NCBI GenBank assembly: GCA_964187785.1
Contig: OZ076409.1
Coordinates: forward strand, 12,340,001 to 12,404,000
Origin: Amphiscolops sp. MND2022
Taxonomy: Eukaryota
Reading direction: 5' to 3'
DNA length: 64,000 nt
This document shows positions 47,301-62,300 of the stretch, in pieces. The first letter of the stretch is position 1. Each line of letters opens with the position of its first letter. Both the position numbers and the translations under genes were made by a program. The notes beneath the pieces were generated by a model. The model worked only from the letters and a program-made list of their open reading frames with translations. It did no database searches and was not told the origin of the DNA.

Positions 47301-50300
47301 CAAACGGAGAGAACTTATCCCCTATGTAAGTATACTGAAGTAAGCCATTTTGAGAGTTCAAGACAAAAGAAACCCTAAAATGCTTGACAATCAACAATTT
47401 TTCAAACCGACAGAATTTATTCCATATAGAAGTACACTAAAGTGAGTCATTTTGAGAGTTAAAGACAAATAAGAAACCAAAATGCTGGACATAATCAACT
47501 ATTTTTCAAACCGACAGAAATTATTCCCTATGAACGTACACTAAAGAAAGCCGTTTTGAGAGTTAAAGACAATTGAGAAGTTAAAATGCTGGAAATAATC
47601 AACATTTTTCAAACCGACAGAGCTTATCACCTATGGAAGTACACTAAAGTGAGTCATTTCGGGAGTTAAAGACAAATAAAAAACCGAAATGCTGGACATA
47701 ATTAACAATTTTCCAAACTGAGCGAACTTATCTCCTATAGACGTATACTGAAGTAAGCCATTTTGAGAGTTAAAGGCCTTTGAAAAGTTAAAATGCTGGA
47801 AAAAATCAACAATTTTTTTCAAACCGAGAGAACTTATCCACTATGTAAGTATACTGAAGTAAGCCATTTTGAGAGTTCAAGACAAAGGAAAACCTAAAAT
47901 GCTTGACAATCAACTATTTTTCAAACCGACAGAAATTATTCCCTATGAAAGTACACTAAAGTAAGCCATTTTGAGAGTTCAAGACAAACGAAAACCTGAA
48001 ATGCTTGACAATCAACAACTTTTCAAACCAACAGAATTTATTCCATATAGAATACACTAAAGTAAGCCATTTTGAGAGTTAAAAACAAATAAAAACTAAA
48101 ATGCTGGACATAATCAACTACTTTTCAAACCGACAGAATTTATTCCCTATGGATGTACACTAAAGTAAGCCATTTTGAGAGTTAAAGACAATTGAAAAGT
48201 TAAAATGTTGGAAACAATCAACAACTTTTAGAAATGACAGAACTTATCACCCATGGAAGTACACTAAAGTGAGTCATTTTGAGAGTTCAAGACAAATAAA
48301 AAACCAAAATGCTGGACATAATCAACATTTTTTTAAACCGACAGAGCTTATCACCTATGGAAGTACACTAAAGTGAGTCATTTTGAGAGTTAAAGACAAA
48401 CAAAAAACCAAAATGCTGGACATAATCAACAATTTTTCAAACTGAGAGAATTTATCCCCTATGGAAGTATACTGAAGTAAGCCATTTTGAGAATTAAAGA
48501 CATTTGAAAAGTTAAAATGCTGGAAAAAATCAAAAATTTTTTTCAAACCGAGAGAATTTATCCCCTGTATAAGTATACTGAAGTAAGCCATTTTGAGAGT
48601 TCAAGACAAAGGAAAACCTAAAATGCTTGACAATCAACAATTTTTCAAACTGACAAAATTATTCCATATAGAAGTACACTAAAGTGAATCAATTTGAGAG
48701 TTAAAGACAAATAAAAAACCAAAATGCTGGACATAATCAACAATTTTTCAAACCGAGAGAATTTATCCCCTATGTAAGTATACTGAAGTAAGCCATTTTG
48801 AGAGTTCAAGACAAACGAAAACCTGAAATGCTTAACAATCAACAACTTTTCAAACCGACAGAATTTATTCCATCTAGAATACACTAAAGTATGCCAATTT
48901 GAGAGTTTAAAACAAATAAAAACTAAAATGCTGGACATAATCAACTATTTTTCAAACCGACAGAACTTATTCCCTATGAAAGTACACTAAAGTAAGCCAT
49001 TTTGAGAGTTAAAGACAATTGAAAAGTTAAAATGTTGGAAACAATCAACAACTTTTAGAAATGACAGAACTTATCACCCATGGACGTACACTAAAGTGAG
49101 TCATTTTGAAAGTTCAAGACAAATAACAACCAAAATGCTGGACATATTCAACAATTTTTTAAACCGAGAGAACTTATCCACTATGTAAGTATACTGGAGT
49201 AAGCCATTTTGAGAGTTCAAGACAAAGGAACACCTAAAATGCTTGACAATCAACACTTTTTCAAACCGACAGAGTTTATCCCATATAGAAGTACACTGAA
49301 GTAAGCCAATTTGAGAGTTGAAAACAAATAAAAACTAAAATGCTGGACATAATCAACTATTTTTCAAACCGACAGAAATTATTCCCTATGAAAGTACACT
49401 AAAGTAAGCCATTTTGAGAGTTCAAGACAAACGAAAACCTGAAATGCTTTACAATCAACAACTTTTCAAACCGACAGAATTAATTCCATCTAGAATACAC
49501 TAAAGTAAGCCAATTTGAGAGTTTAAAACAAATAAAAACTAAAATGCTGGACATAATCAACTATTTTTCAAACCGACAGAACTTATTCCCTATGGATGTA
49601 CACTAAAGTAAGCCATTTTGAGAGTTAAAGACAATTGAAAAGTTAAAATGTTGGAAACAATCAACAACTTTTAGAAATGACAGAACTTATCACCCATGGA
49701 CGTACACTAAAGTGAGTCATTTTGAAAGTTCAAGACAAATAACAACCAAAATGCTGGACGTATTCAACAATTTTTTTAAACCGAGAGAACTTATCCACTA
49801 TGTAAGTATACTGAAGTAAGCCATTTTGAGAGTTCAAGACAAAGGAACACCTAAAATGCTTGACAATCAACACTTTTTCAAACCGACAGAGTTTATCCCA
49901 TATAGAAGTACACTGAAGTAAGCCATTTTGAGAGTTGAAAACAAATAAAAACTAAAATGCTGGACATAATCAACTATTTTTTAAACCGACAGAAATTATT
50001 CCCTATGAAAGTATACTAAAGTAAGCCATTTTGAGAGTTCAAGACAAACGAAAACCTGAAATGCTTGACAATCAACAACTTTTTAAACCGACAGAATTTA
50101 TTCCATATAGAATACACTAAAGTAAGCCATTTTGAGAGTTAAAAACAAATAAAAACTAAAATGCTGGACATAATCAACTACTTTTCAAACCGACAGAATT
50201 TATTCCCTATGGATGTACACTAAAGTAAGCCATTTTGAGAGTTAAAGACAATTGAAAAGTTAAAATGTTGGAAACAATCAACAACTTTTAGAAATGACAG

Positions 50301-53300
50301 AACTTATCACCCATGGAAGTACACTAAAGTGAGTCATTTTGAAAGTTCAAGACAAATAAAAACCAGAATGCTGGACATAATCAACAATTTTTCAAACCGA
50401 CAGAGCTTATCACCTATGGAAGTACACTAAAGTGAGTCATTTTGAGAGTTAAAGACAAATAACAACCAAAATGCTGGACATATTCAACAATTTTTTAAAC
50501 CGAGAGAACTTATCCCCTATGGAAGTATACTGAAGTAAGCCATTTTGAGAGTTAAAGACATTTGAAAAGTTAAATTGCTGGAAAAAATCAAAAAATTTTT
50601 TCAAACCGAGAGAACTTATCCCCTATATATGTATACTGAAGTAAGCCATTTTGAGAGTTCAAGACAAAGGAAAACCTAAAATGCTTGACAATCAACAAAT
50701 TTTCAAACCGACAGAAATTATTCCATATAGAAGTACACTAAAGTGAGTCATTTTGAGAGTTAAAGACAAATAAAAAACCAAAATGCTGGACATAATCAAC
50801 AATTTTTCAAACCGAGAGAATTTATCCCCTATGTAAGTGTACTGAAGTAAGCCATTTTGAGAGTTCAAGACAAACGAATACCTGAATTGCTTGACAATCA
50901 ACAACTTTTCAAACCGACAGAATTTATTCCATATAGAATACACTAAAGTAAGCCAATTTGAGAGTTAAAAACAAATAAAAACTAAAATGCTGGACATAAT
51001 CAACTATTTTTTAAACCGACAGAACTTATTCCCTATGGATGTACACTAAAGTAAGCCATTTTGAGAGTTAAAGACAATTGAAAAGTTAAAATGTTGGAAA
51101 CAATCAACAACTTTTAGAAATGACAGAACTTATCACCCATGGAAGTACACTAAAGTGAGTCATTTTGAAAGTTCAAGACAAATAAAAACCAAAATGCTGG
51201 ACATATTCAACAATTTTTTAAACCGACAGAGCTTATCACCTATGGAAGTACACTAAAGTGAGTCATTTTGAGAGTTAAAGACAAATAACAACCAAAATGC
51301 TGGACATATTCAACAATTTTTTAAACCGAGAGAACTTATCCCCTATGGAAGTATACTGAAGTAAGCCATTTTGAGATTTAAAGACATTTGAAAAGTTAAA
51401 ATGCTGGAAAAAATTAAAATTTATTCAAACCGAGAGAACTTATCCCCTATGTAAGTATACTGAAGTAAGCCATTTTGAGAGTTAAAGACATTTAAAAAAT
51501 TGAAATGCTGGAAAAAATCAACAATTTTTCAAACCGACAGAATTTATTCTTTGTAGAAGTACACTAAAGTAAACCATTTTGAGAGTTAAAAACAAATGAA
51601 AACTAAAATGCTGGACATAATCAACTATTTTTCAAACCGACAGAACTTATCTCCTATGGAAGTACACTAAAGTAAACCATTTTGAGAGATAAAAACATTT
51701 GGAAAGTTAAAATGCTGGAAATAATCATTAATTTTCAGGAACGACAGAACTTATCACATTTGGAAGTACACTAAAGTGAGTCATTTTGAGAGTTCAAGAC
51801 AACTGAAAAACCAAAATGCTGGACATAATCAACAATTTTTCAAACCGACAGAGCTTTTCACCCATTGGAAGTACACTAAAGTGAGTCATTTTGAGAGTTC
51901 AAGACAAATAAAAAATCAAAATGCTGGACATATTCAACAATTTTTCAAACCGACAGAGCTAATCACCTATGGAAGTATACTGAAGTAAGCCAATTTGAGA
52001 GTTAAAGACTTTTGAAAAAATAAAATGCTGGAAATATTCAACAATTTTTCAAACCGACAGAATTTGTTCCATATAGATGCACACTAAAGTGAGTCATTTT
52101 GAGAGTTAAAGACAAATAAAAAACCAAAATGCTGGACATAATCAACAATTTTTCAAACCGAGAGAACTTATCTTCTATGGAAGTATACTGAAGTAAGCCA
52201 TTTTGAGAGGTAAAGACATTTGAAAAGTTAAAATGCTGGAAAAAATCAAAATTTTTTTAACCGAGAGAACTTATCCCCTATGGAAGTATACTGAAGTAAG
52301 CCATTTTGAGAGTTCAAGACAAATGAAAACCTAAAATGCTTGACAATCAACAACTTTTCAAACCGACAGAATTTATTCCATATAGAATACACTAAAGTAA
52401 GCCAATTTGAGAGTTAAAAACAAATAAAAACTAAAATGCTGGACATAATCAACTATTTTTTAAACCGACAGAACTTATTCCCTATGGATGTACACTAAAG
52501 TAAGCCATTTTGAGAGTTAAAGACAATTGAAAAGTTAAAATGTTGGAAACAATCAACAACTTTTAGAAATGACAGAACTTATCACCCATGGAAGAACACT
52601 AAAGTGAGTCATTTTGAAAGTTCAAGACAAATAAAAACCAAGATGCTGGACATATTCAACAATTTTTTAAACCGACAGAGCTTATCACCTATGGAAGTAC
52701 ACTAAAGTGAGTCATTTTGAGAGTTAAAGACAAATAACAACCAAAATGCTGGACATATTCAACAATTTTTTAAACCGAGAGAACTTATCCCCTATGGAAG
52801 TATACTGAAGTAAGCCACTTTGAGATTTAAAGACATTTGAAAAGTTAAAATGCTGGAAAAAATTAAAATTTATTCAAACCGAGAGAACTTATCCCCTATG
52901 TAAGTATACTGAAGTAAGCCATTTTGAGAGTTAAAGACATTTGAAAAATTGAAATGCTGGAAAAAATCAACATTTTTTCAAACCGAGAGAACTTATCCCC
53001 TATGTAAGTATACTGAACTAAGCCATTTTGAGAGTTTAGGACAAAGGAAAACCTAAATTGATTGACAATTAACAATTTTTCAAACCGACAGAATTTATTC
53101 TTTATAGAAGTACACTAAAGTAAACCATTTTGAGAGTTAAAAACAAATGAAAACTAAAATGCCGGACATAATCAACTATTTTTCAAACCGACAGAACTTA
53201 TCTCCTATGGAAGTACACTAAAGTAAACCATTTTGAGAGATAAAAACATTTGGAAAGTTAAAATGCTGGAAATAATCATTAATTTTCAGGAACGACAGAA

Positions 53301-56300
53301 CTTATCACATTTGGAAGTACACTAAAGTGAGTCATTTTGAGAGTTCAAGACAACTGAAAAACCAAAATGCTGGACATAATCAACAATTTTTCAAACCGAC
53401 AGAGCTTTTCACCCATTGGAAGTACACTAAAGTGAGTCATTTTGAGAGTTCAAGACAAATAAAAAATCAAAATGCTGGACATATTCAACAATTTTTCAAA
53501 CCGACAGAGCTAATCACCTATGGAAGTATACTGAAGTAAGCCAATTTGAGAGTTAAAGACTTTTGAAAAAATAAAATGCTGGAAATAATCAACAATTTTT
53601 CAAACCGACAGAATTTGTTCCATATAGATGCACACTAAAGTGAGTCATTTTGAGAGTTAAAGACAAATAAAAAACCAAAATGCTGGACATAATCAACAAT
53701 TTTTCAAACCGAGAGAACTTATCTTCTATGGAAGTATACTGAAGTAAGCCATTTTGAGAGGTAAAGACATTTGAAAAGTTAAAATGCTGGAAAAAATCAA
53801 AATTTTTTTACCCGAGAGAACTTATCCCCTATGGAAGTATACTGAAGTAAGCCATTTTGAGAGTTCAAGACAAATGAAAACCTAAAATGCTTTACGATCA
53901 ACAATTTCTCAAACCGACAGAATTTATTCCATATAGAAGTACACTAAAGGAAGCCATTTTGAGAGTTAAAAACAAATAGGAACTAAAATGTTGGACATAA
54001 TCAACTATTTTTCAAATCGACAGAACTTATTCCCTATGGAAGTACACTAAAGTAAGCAATTTTCAAAGTTAAAGACAATTGAAAAGGTAAAATGTTGGAA
54101 ACAATCAACAACTTTTAGAAATGACAGAAGTTATCACCTATGAAAGTACACTAAAGTGAGTCATTTTGAGAGTTTAAGACAAATAAAAAACCAAAATGCT
54201 GGACATAATCAACAATTTTTCAAACCGACAGGGCTTATCACCTATGGAAGTACACTAAAGTGAGTCATTTTGAGAGTTAAAGACAAATAAAAAACCAAAA
54301 TGCTGGACATAATCAACAATTTTTCAAACCGAGAGAACTTATCCCCTATGGAAGTATACTGAAGTAAGCCATTTTGAGAGGTAAAGACATTTGAAATGTT
54401 AAAATGCTGGAAAAAATCAAAATTTTTTAAACCGAGAGAACTTATCCCTAGGTAAGTATACTGAAGTAAGCCATTTTGAGAGTTCAAGACAAATGAAAAC
54501 CTAAAATGCTTTACTATCAACAATTTCTCAATACGACAGAATTTATTCCATGTAGAAGTACACTAAAGGAAGCCATTTTGAGAGTTAAAAACAAATAGGA
54601 ACTAAAATGTTGGACATAATCAACTATTTTTCAAATCGACAGAACTTATTCCCTATGGAAGTACACTAAAGTAAGCAATTTTCAGAGTTAAAGACAATTG
54701 AAAAGGTAAAATGTTGGAAACAATCAACAATTTTTAGAAATGACAGAAATTATTACCTATGGAAGTACACTAAAGTGAGTCATTTTGAGAGTTTAAGACA
54801 AATAAAAAATCAAAATGCTGGACATAATCAACAATTTTTCAAACCGACAGTGCTTATCACCTATGGAAGTACACTAAAGTGAGTCATTTTGAGAGTTAAA
54901 GACGAATAAAAACCAAAATGCTGGACATAATCAAGAATTTTTCAAACCGAGAGAACTTATCCCCTATGGAAGTATACTGAAGTAAGCCATTTTGAGAGTT
55001 AAAGACATTTGAAAAGTTAAAATGCTGGAAACAATCAACAATTTTTAGAAACGACAGAACTAATCACCTATGGTAGTACACTAAAGTGAGTCATTTTGAG
55101 AGTTCGAGAGAAATGAAAAACCAAAATGCTGGAAATACTTAAAACTTTTTTTTAACCGTTAGAGATTATCACCTATGGAAGTACACTAAAGTGAGACATT
55201 TTGAGAGATAAAGACAAATAAAAAACCAAAGTGCTGGACATAATCAACATATTTTCAAACCGAGAGAACTTATTCCTTATGGAAGTAACTGAAGTAAGCC
55301 ATTTTGAGATTTAAAGACAATTGAAAAGTTAAAATGCTGGAAACAATCAACAGTTTTTAGAAACGACAGAACTTATCACCTATGGTAGTACACTAAAATG
55401 AGTCATTTTGAGAGTTCGAGAGAAATGAAAAACCAAAATGCTGGAAATACTTAAAACTTTTTTTTTAACTGTTAGAGATTATCACCTATGGAAGTACACT
55501 AAAGTGAGACATTTTGAGAGATAAAGACAAATAAAAAACCAAAGTGCTGGACATAATCAACATATTTTCAAACCGACAGAGCTTATCGCCTATGAAAGTA
55601 CACTAAAGTGAGCCATTTCGAGGGTTAAAGACAAATAAAAAACGAAAATGCTGGACATAATCAACAATTTTTCAAACCGAGAGAACTTATTCCTTATGGA
55701 AGTAACTGAAGTAAGCCATTTTGAGAGTTGAAGACATTTGAAAAGTTAAAATGCTGGAAAAAATCAAAAAACTTTCAAACCGAGAGAACTGATCTCCTAT
55801 ATAAATATACTGAAGTAAGCCATTTTGAGAGTTCAAGACAAATGAAAACCTAAAATGCTTGATAATCAACAATTTTTCAAACCGACAGAATTTATTCTAT
55901 TTAGAAGTACACTAAAGTAAGCCGTTTTGACAGTTGAAAACAAATAAAATTTAAAATGCTGGACATAATCAACTTTTTTTCAAACCGACAGAATTTATTC
56001 CTTATGGAAGTACACTAAAGTAAGCCATTTTGAGAGGTAAAGACAATTGAAAAGTTAAAATGCTGGAAACAATCAACAATTTCTAGAAACGACAGAACTT
56101 ATCACCTATGGAAGTACACTAAAGTTAGTCATTTTGAGAGTTCGAGACAAATAAAAAACTAAAATGCTGGACATAAACAACAATTTTTCAAACCGACAGA
56201 GCTTATCACCTATGGAAGTACACTAAAGTGAGTCGTTTTAGGAGTTAAACACAAATAAAAAGCCAAAATGCTGGACATAACCAACAATTTTTCAAACCGA

Positions 56301-59300
56301 GAGAACTTATCCCCTATGGAAGTATACTGAAATAAGCCATTTTGAGAGGTAATGACATTTGAAAAGTTAAAATGCTGAAAAAAATCAAAATTTTTTCAAA
56401 CCGAGAGAACTTATCCCCTATGTAAGTATACTAAAGTAAGCCATTTTGTGAGTTCAAGACAAAGGAAAACCTAAAACGCTTGACAATCAACAATTTTTCA
56501 AACCGACAGAATTTATTCCATATAGAAGTACACAAAAGTAAGCCATTTTGAGAGTTTAAAACAAATGAAAACTAAAATGCTGGACATAATCAACTATTTT
56601 TCAAAAAGACAGAACTTATCCCCTATGGAAGTACACTAAAGTAAGCCATTTTGAGAGTTAAAGACATTTGAAAAGTTAAAATGCTGGAAACAATCAACAG
56701 TTTTTAGAAACGACAGAACTTATCACCTATGGTAGTACACTAAAGTGAGTCATTTTGAGAGTTCGAGAGAAATGAAAAACCAAAATGCTGGAAATACTTA
56801 AAACTTTTTTTAACCGTTAGAGATTATCACCTATGGAAGTACACTAAAGTGAGACATTTTGAGAGATAAAGACAAATAAAAAACCAAAGTGCTGGACATA
56901 ATCAACATATTTTCAAACCGAGAGAACTTATTCCTTATGGAAGTAACTGAAGTAAGCCATTTTGAGATTTAAAGACAATTGAAAAGTTAAAATGCTGGAA
57001 ACAATCAACAATTTTTAGAAACGACAGAACTTATCACCTATGGTAGTACACTAAAGTGAGTCATTTTGAGAGTTCGAGAGAAATGGAAAACGAAAATGCT
57101 GGAAATACTTAAAACTTTTTTTTTAACTGTTAGAGATTATCACCTATGGAAGTACACTAAAGTGAGACATTTTGAGAGATAAAGACAAATAAAAAACCAA
57201 AGTGCTGGACATAATCAACATATTTTCAAACCGACAGAGCTTATCGCCTATGAAAGTACACTAAAGTGAGCCATTTCGAGAGTTAAAGACAAATAAAAAA
57301 CGAAAATGCTGGACATAATCAACAATTTTTCAAACCGAGAGAACTTATTCCTTATGGAAGTAACTGAAGTAAGCCATTTTGAGAGTTGAAGACATTTGAA
57401 AGTTAAAATGCTGGAAAAAATCAAAAAACTTTCAAACCGAGAGAACTTATCCCCTATGTAAGTATACTAAAGTAAGCCATTTTGTGAGTTCAAGACAAAG
57501 GAAAACCTAAAACGCTTGACAATCAACAATTTTTCAAACCGACAGAATTTATTCCATATAGAAGTACACAAAAGTAAGCCATTTTGAGAGTTTAAAACAA
57601 ATGAAAACTAAAATGCTGGACATAATCAACTATTTTTCAAAAAGACAGAACTTATCCCCTATGGAAGTACACTAAAGTAAGCCATTTTGAGAGTTAAAGA
57701 CATTTGAAAAGTTAAAATGCTGGAAACAATCAACAGTTTTTAGAAACGACAGAACTTATCACCTATGGTAGTACACTAAAGTGAGTCATTTTGAGAGTTC
57801 GAGAGAAATGAAAAACCAAAATGCTGGAAATACTTAAAACTTTTTTTAACCGTTAGAGATTATCACCTATGGAAGTACACTAAAGTGAGACATTTTGAGA
57901 GATAAAGACAAATAAAAAACCAAAGTGCTGGACATAATCAACATATTTTCAAACCGAGAGAACTTATTCCTTATGGAAGTAACTGAAGTAAGCCATTTTG
58001 AGATTTAAAGACAATTGAAAAGTTAAAATGCTGGAAACAATCAACAATTTTTAGAAACGACAGAACTTATCACCTATGGTAGTACACTAAAGTGAGTCAT
58101 TTTGAGAGTTCGAGAGAAATGAAAAACGAAAATGCTGGAAATACTTAAAACTTTTTTTTTAACTGTTAGAGATTATCACCTATGGAAGTACACTAAAGTG
58201 AGACATTTTGAGAGATAAAGACAAATAAAAAACCAAAGTGCTGGACATAAACAACAATTTTTCAAACCGACAGAGCTTATCACCTATGGAAGTACACTAA
58301 AGTGAGTCGTTTTAGGAGTTAAACACAAATAAAAAGCCAAAATGCTGGACATAACCAACAATTTTTCAAACCGAGAGAACATATCCCCTATGGACGTATA
58401 CTGAAATAAGCCATTTTGAGAGGTAATGACATTTGAAAAGTTAAAATGCTGAAAAAAATCAAAATTTTTTCAAACCGAGAGAACTTATCCCCTATGTAAG
58501 TATACTAAAGTAAGCCATTTTGTGAGTTCAAGACAAAGGAAAACCTAAAACGCTTGACAATCAACAATTTTTCAAACCGACAGAATTTATTCCATATAGA
58601 AGTACACAAAAGTAAGCCATTTTGAGAGTTTAAAACAAATGAAAACTAAAATGCTGGACATAATCAACTATTTTTCAAAAAGACAGAACTTATCCCCTAT
58701 GGAAGTACACTAAAGTAAGCCATTTTGAGAGTTAAAGACATTTGAAAAGTTAAAATGCTGGAAACAATCAACAGTTTTTAGAAACGACAGAACTTATCAC
58801 CTATGGTAGTACACTAAAGTGAGTCATTTCGAGAGTTCGAGAGAAATGAAAAACCAAAATGCTGGAAATACTTAAAACTTTTTTTAACCGTTAGAGATTA
58901 TCACCTATGGAAGTACACTAAAGTGAGACATTTTGAGAGATAAAGACAAATAAAAAACCAAAGTGCTGGACATAATCAACATATTTTCAAACCGAGAGAA
59001 CTTATTCCTTATGGAAGTAACTGAAGTAAGCCATTTTGAGATTTAAAGACAATTGAAAAGTTAAAATGCTGGAAACAATCAACAATTTTTAGAAACGACA
59101 GAACTTATCACCTATGGTAGTACACTAAAGTGAGTCATTTTGAGAGTTCGAGAGAAATGAAAAACGAAAATGCTGGAAATACTTAAAACTTTTTTTTTAC
59201 CTGTTAGAGATTATCACCTATGGAAGTACACTAAAGTGAGACATTTTGAGAGATAAAGACAAATAAAAAACCAAAGTGCTGGACATAATCAACATATTTT

Positions 59301-62300
59301 CAAACCGACAGAGCTTATCGCCTATGAAAGTACACTAAAGTGAGCCATTTCGAGAGTTAAAGACAAATAAAAAACGAAAATGCTGGACATAATCAACAAT
59401 TTTTCAAACCGAGAGAACTTATTCCTTATGGAAGTAACTGAAGTAAGCCATTTTGAGAGTTGAAGACATTTGAAAGTTAAAATGCTGGAAAAAATCAAAA
59501 AACTTTCAAACCGAGAGAACTTATCTCCTATATAAATATACTGAAGTCAGCCATTTTGAGAGTTCAAGACAAATGAAAACCTAAAATGCTTGATAATCAA
59601 CAATTTTTCAAACCGACAGAATTTATTCTATTTAGAAGTACACTAAAGTAAGCCGTTTTGACAGTTGAAAACAAATAAAATTTAAAATGCTGGACATAAT
59701 CAACTTTTTTTCAAACCGACAGATTTTATTCCTTATGGAAGTACACTAAAGTAAGCCATTTTGAGAGGTAAAGACAATTGAAAAGTTAAAATGCTGGAAA
59801 CAATCAACAATTTCTAGAAACGACAGAACTTATCACCTATGGAAGTACACTAAAGTTAGTCATTTTGAGAGTTCGAGACAAATAAAAAACTAAAATGCTG
59901 GACATAAACGACAATTTTTCAAACCGACAGAGCTTATCACCTATGGAAGTACACTAAAGTGAGTCGTTTTGAGAGTTAAACACAAATAAAAAGCCAAAAT
60001 GCTGGACATAACCAACAATTTTTCAAACCGAGAGAACTTATCCCCTATGGAAGTATACTGAAGTAAGCCATTTTGAGAGGTAATGACATTTGAAAAGTTA
60101 AAATGCTGAAAAAAATCAAAATTTTTTCAAACCGAGAGAACTTATCCCCTATGTAAGTATACTGAAGTAAGCCATTTTGTGAGTTCAAGACAAAGGAAAA
60201 CCTAAAACGCTTGACAATCAACAATTTTTCAAACCGACAGAATTTATTCCATATAGAAGTACACAAAAGTAAGCCATTTTGAGAGTTTAAAACAAATGAA
60301 AACTAAAATGCTGGACATAATCAACTATTTTTCAAAAAGACAGAACTTATCCCCTATGGAAGTACACTAAAGTAAGCCATTTTGAGAGTTAAAGACAATT
60401 GAAAAGTTAAAATGCTGGAAACAATCAACAATTTTTAGAAATGACAGAACTTATCACCCATGGAAGTACACTAAAGTGAGTCATTTTGAGAATTCAAGAC
60501 AAATGAAAAACCAAAAAGCTGGACATAATCAACAATTTTTCAAACTGAGAGAACTTATCAACTATGGAAGTATACTGAAGGAAGCCATTTTAAGAGTTGA
60601 AGACATTTGAAATGTTAAAATGCTGAAAAAAATCAAAAAAATTTCAAACCGAGAGAACTTATCTCCTATATAAATATACTGAAGTAAGCCATTTTGAGAG
60701 GTCAAGACAAATGAAAACCTAAAATGCTTGACATAATCAACAATTTTTCAAACCGACAGAATCTATTCCATATAGAAGTACACTAAAGTGAGTCATTTTG
60801 AGAGTTGAAGACAAATAAAAAACCAAAATGCTGGACATGATCAACAATTTTTCAAACCGAGAGAACTTATCCCCTATGTAAGTATACTGAAGTAAGCCAT
60901 TTTGAGAGTTCAAGACAAATAAAAAACCGAAATCCTTGACATAATCAACAATTTTTCAAACCGAGAGAACTTATCCCCTATGGAAGTAAACTGACGTAAA
61001 CCATTTTGAGAGTTAAAGACATTTGAAAAGTTAAAATGCTGGAAAAAATCAAAAATTTTTCGAACCGAGAGAACTTATCCTCTATGTAAGTATACTGAAG
61101 TAAACCATTTTGAGATTTAAAAACAAATAAAAACTAAAATGCTGGACATAATCAACTACTTTTCAAACCGACAGAATTTATTCCCTATGGAAGTACACCA
61201 ATGTAAGCCATTTTGAGAGTTAAAGACAATTGAAAAGTTAAAATGCTGGAAATATTCAACAATTTTTAGAATTGACAGACCTTATCACCTATGGAAGTAC
61301 ACTAAAAAGAGTCATTTTGACAGTTCAAGACAAATAAAAAACCAAAATGCTGGACATAATCAACAATTTTTCAAACCGAGAGAACTTATCCCCTATGGAA
61401 GTATACTGAAGTAACCCATTTTGAGAGTTAAAAACAAATAAAAACTAAAATGCTGGACATAATCAACTACTCTTCAAACCGACAGAATTTATTCCCTATT
61501 GAAGTACACCAAAGTAAGCCATTTTGAGAGTTAAAGACAATTGAAAAGTTAGAATGCTGGAAATATTCAACAATTTTTAGAAACGACAGAACTTATCACC
61601 TATGGAAGTACACTAAAAAGAGTCATTTTGACAGTTCAAGACAAATAAAAAACCAAAATGCTGGACATAATCAACAATTTTTCAAACCGACAGGGCTTAT
61701 CACCTATGGAAGTATACTAAAGTGAGTCATTTTGAGAGGTAAAGACAAATGAAAAACTAAAAAGCTGGAAATAATCAACAATTTTTCAAACCGAGAGAAC
61801 TTATCCCCAATGGGAGTATACTGAAGTAAGCCATTTTGAGAGTTAAAGACATTTGAAAAATCAAAATGCTGGAAAAATTCAAAATTTTTTCAAACCGAGA
61901 GAACTTATCCCCTATGTAAGTATACTGAAGTAAGCCATTTTGAGAGTTCAAGACAAATAAAAAACCGATATTCTTGACATAATCAACAATTTTTCAAACC
62001 GAGAGAACTTATCCCCTATGGAAGTATACTGACGTAAACCATTTTGAGAGTTAAAGACATTTGAAAAGTTAAAATGCTGGAAAAAATCAAAAAATTTTCG
62101 AACCGAGAGAACTTATCCTCTATGTAAGTATACTGAAGTAAGTCGTCATTTTGAGAGTTCAAGACAAAGGAGAAAATAAAACGCTTGACAATCAACAAAT
62201 TTTCAAACCGACAGATTTTTTTCCATATAGAAGTACACTAAAGTAAGCCATTTTGAGAGTTAAAAACAAATAAAAACTAAAATGCTGGACATAATCAACT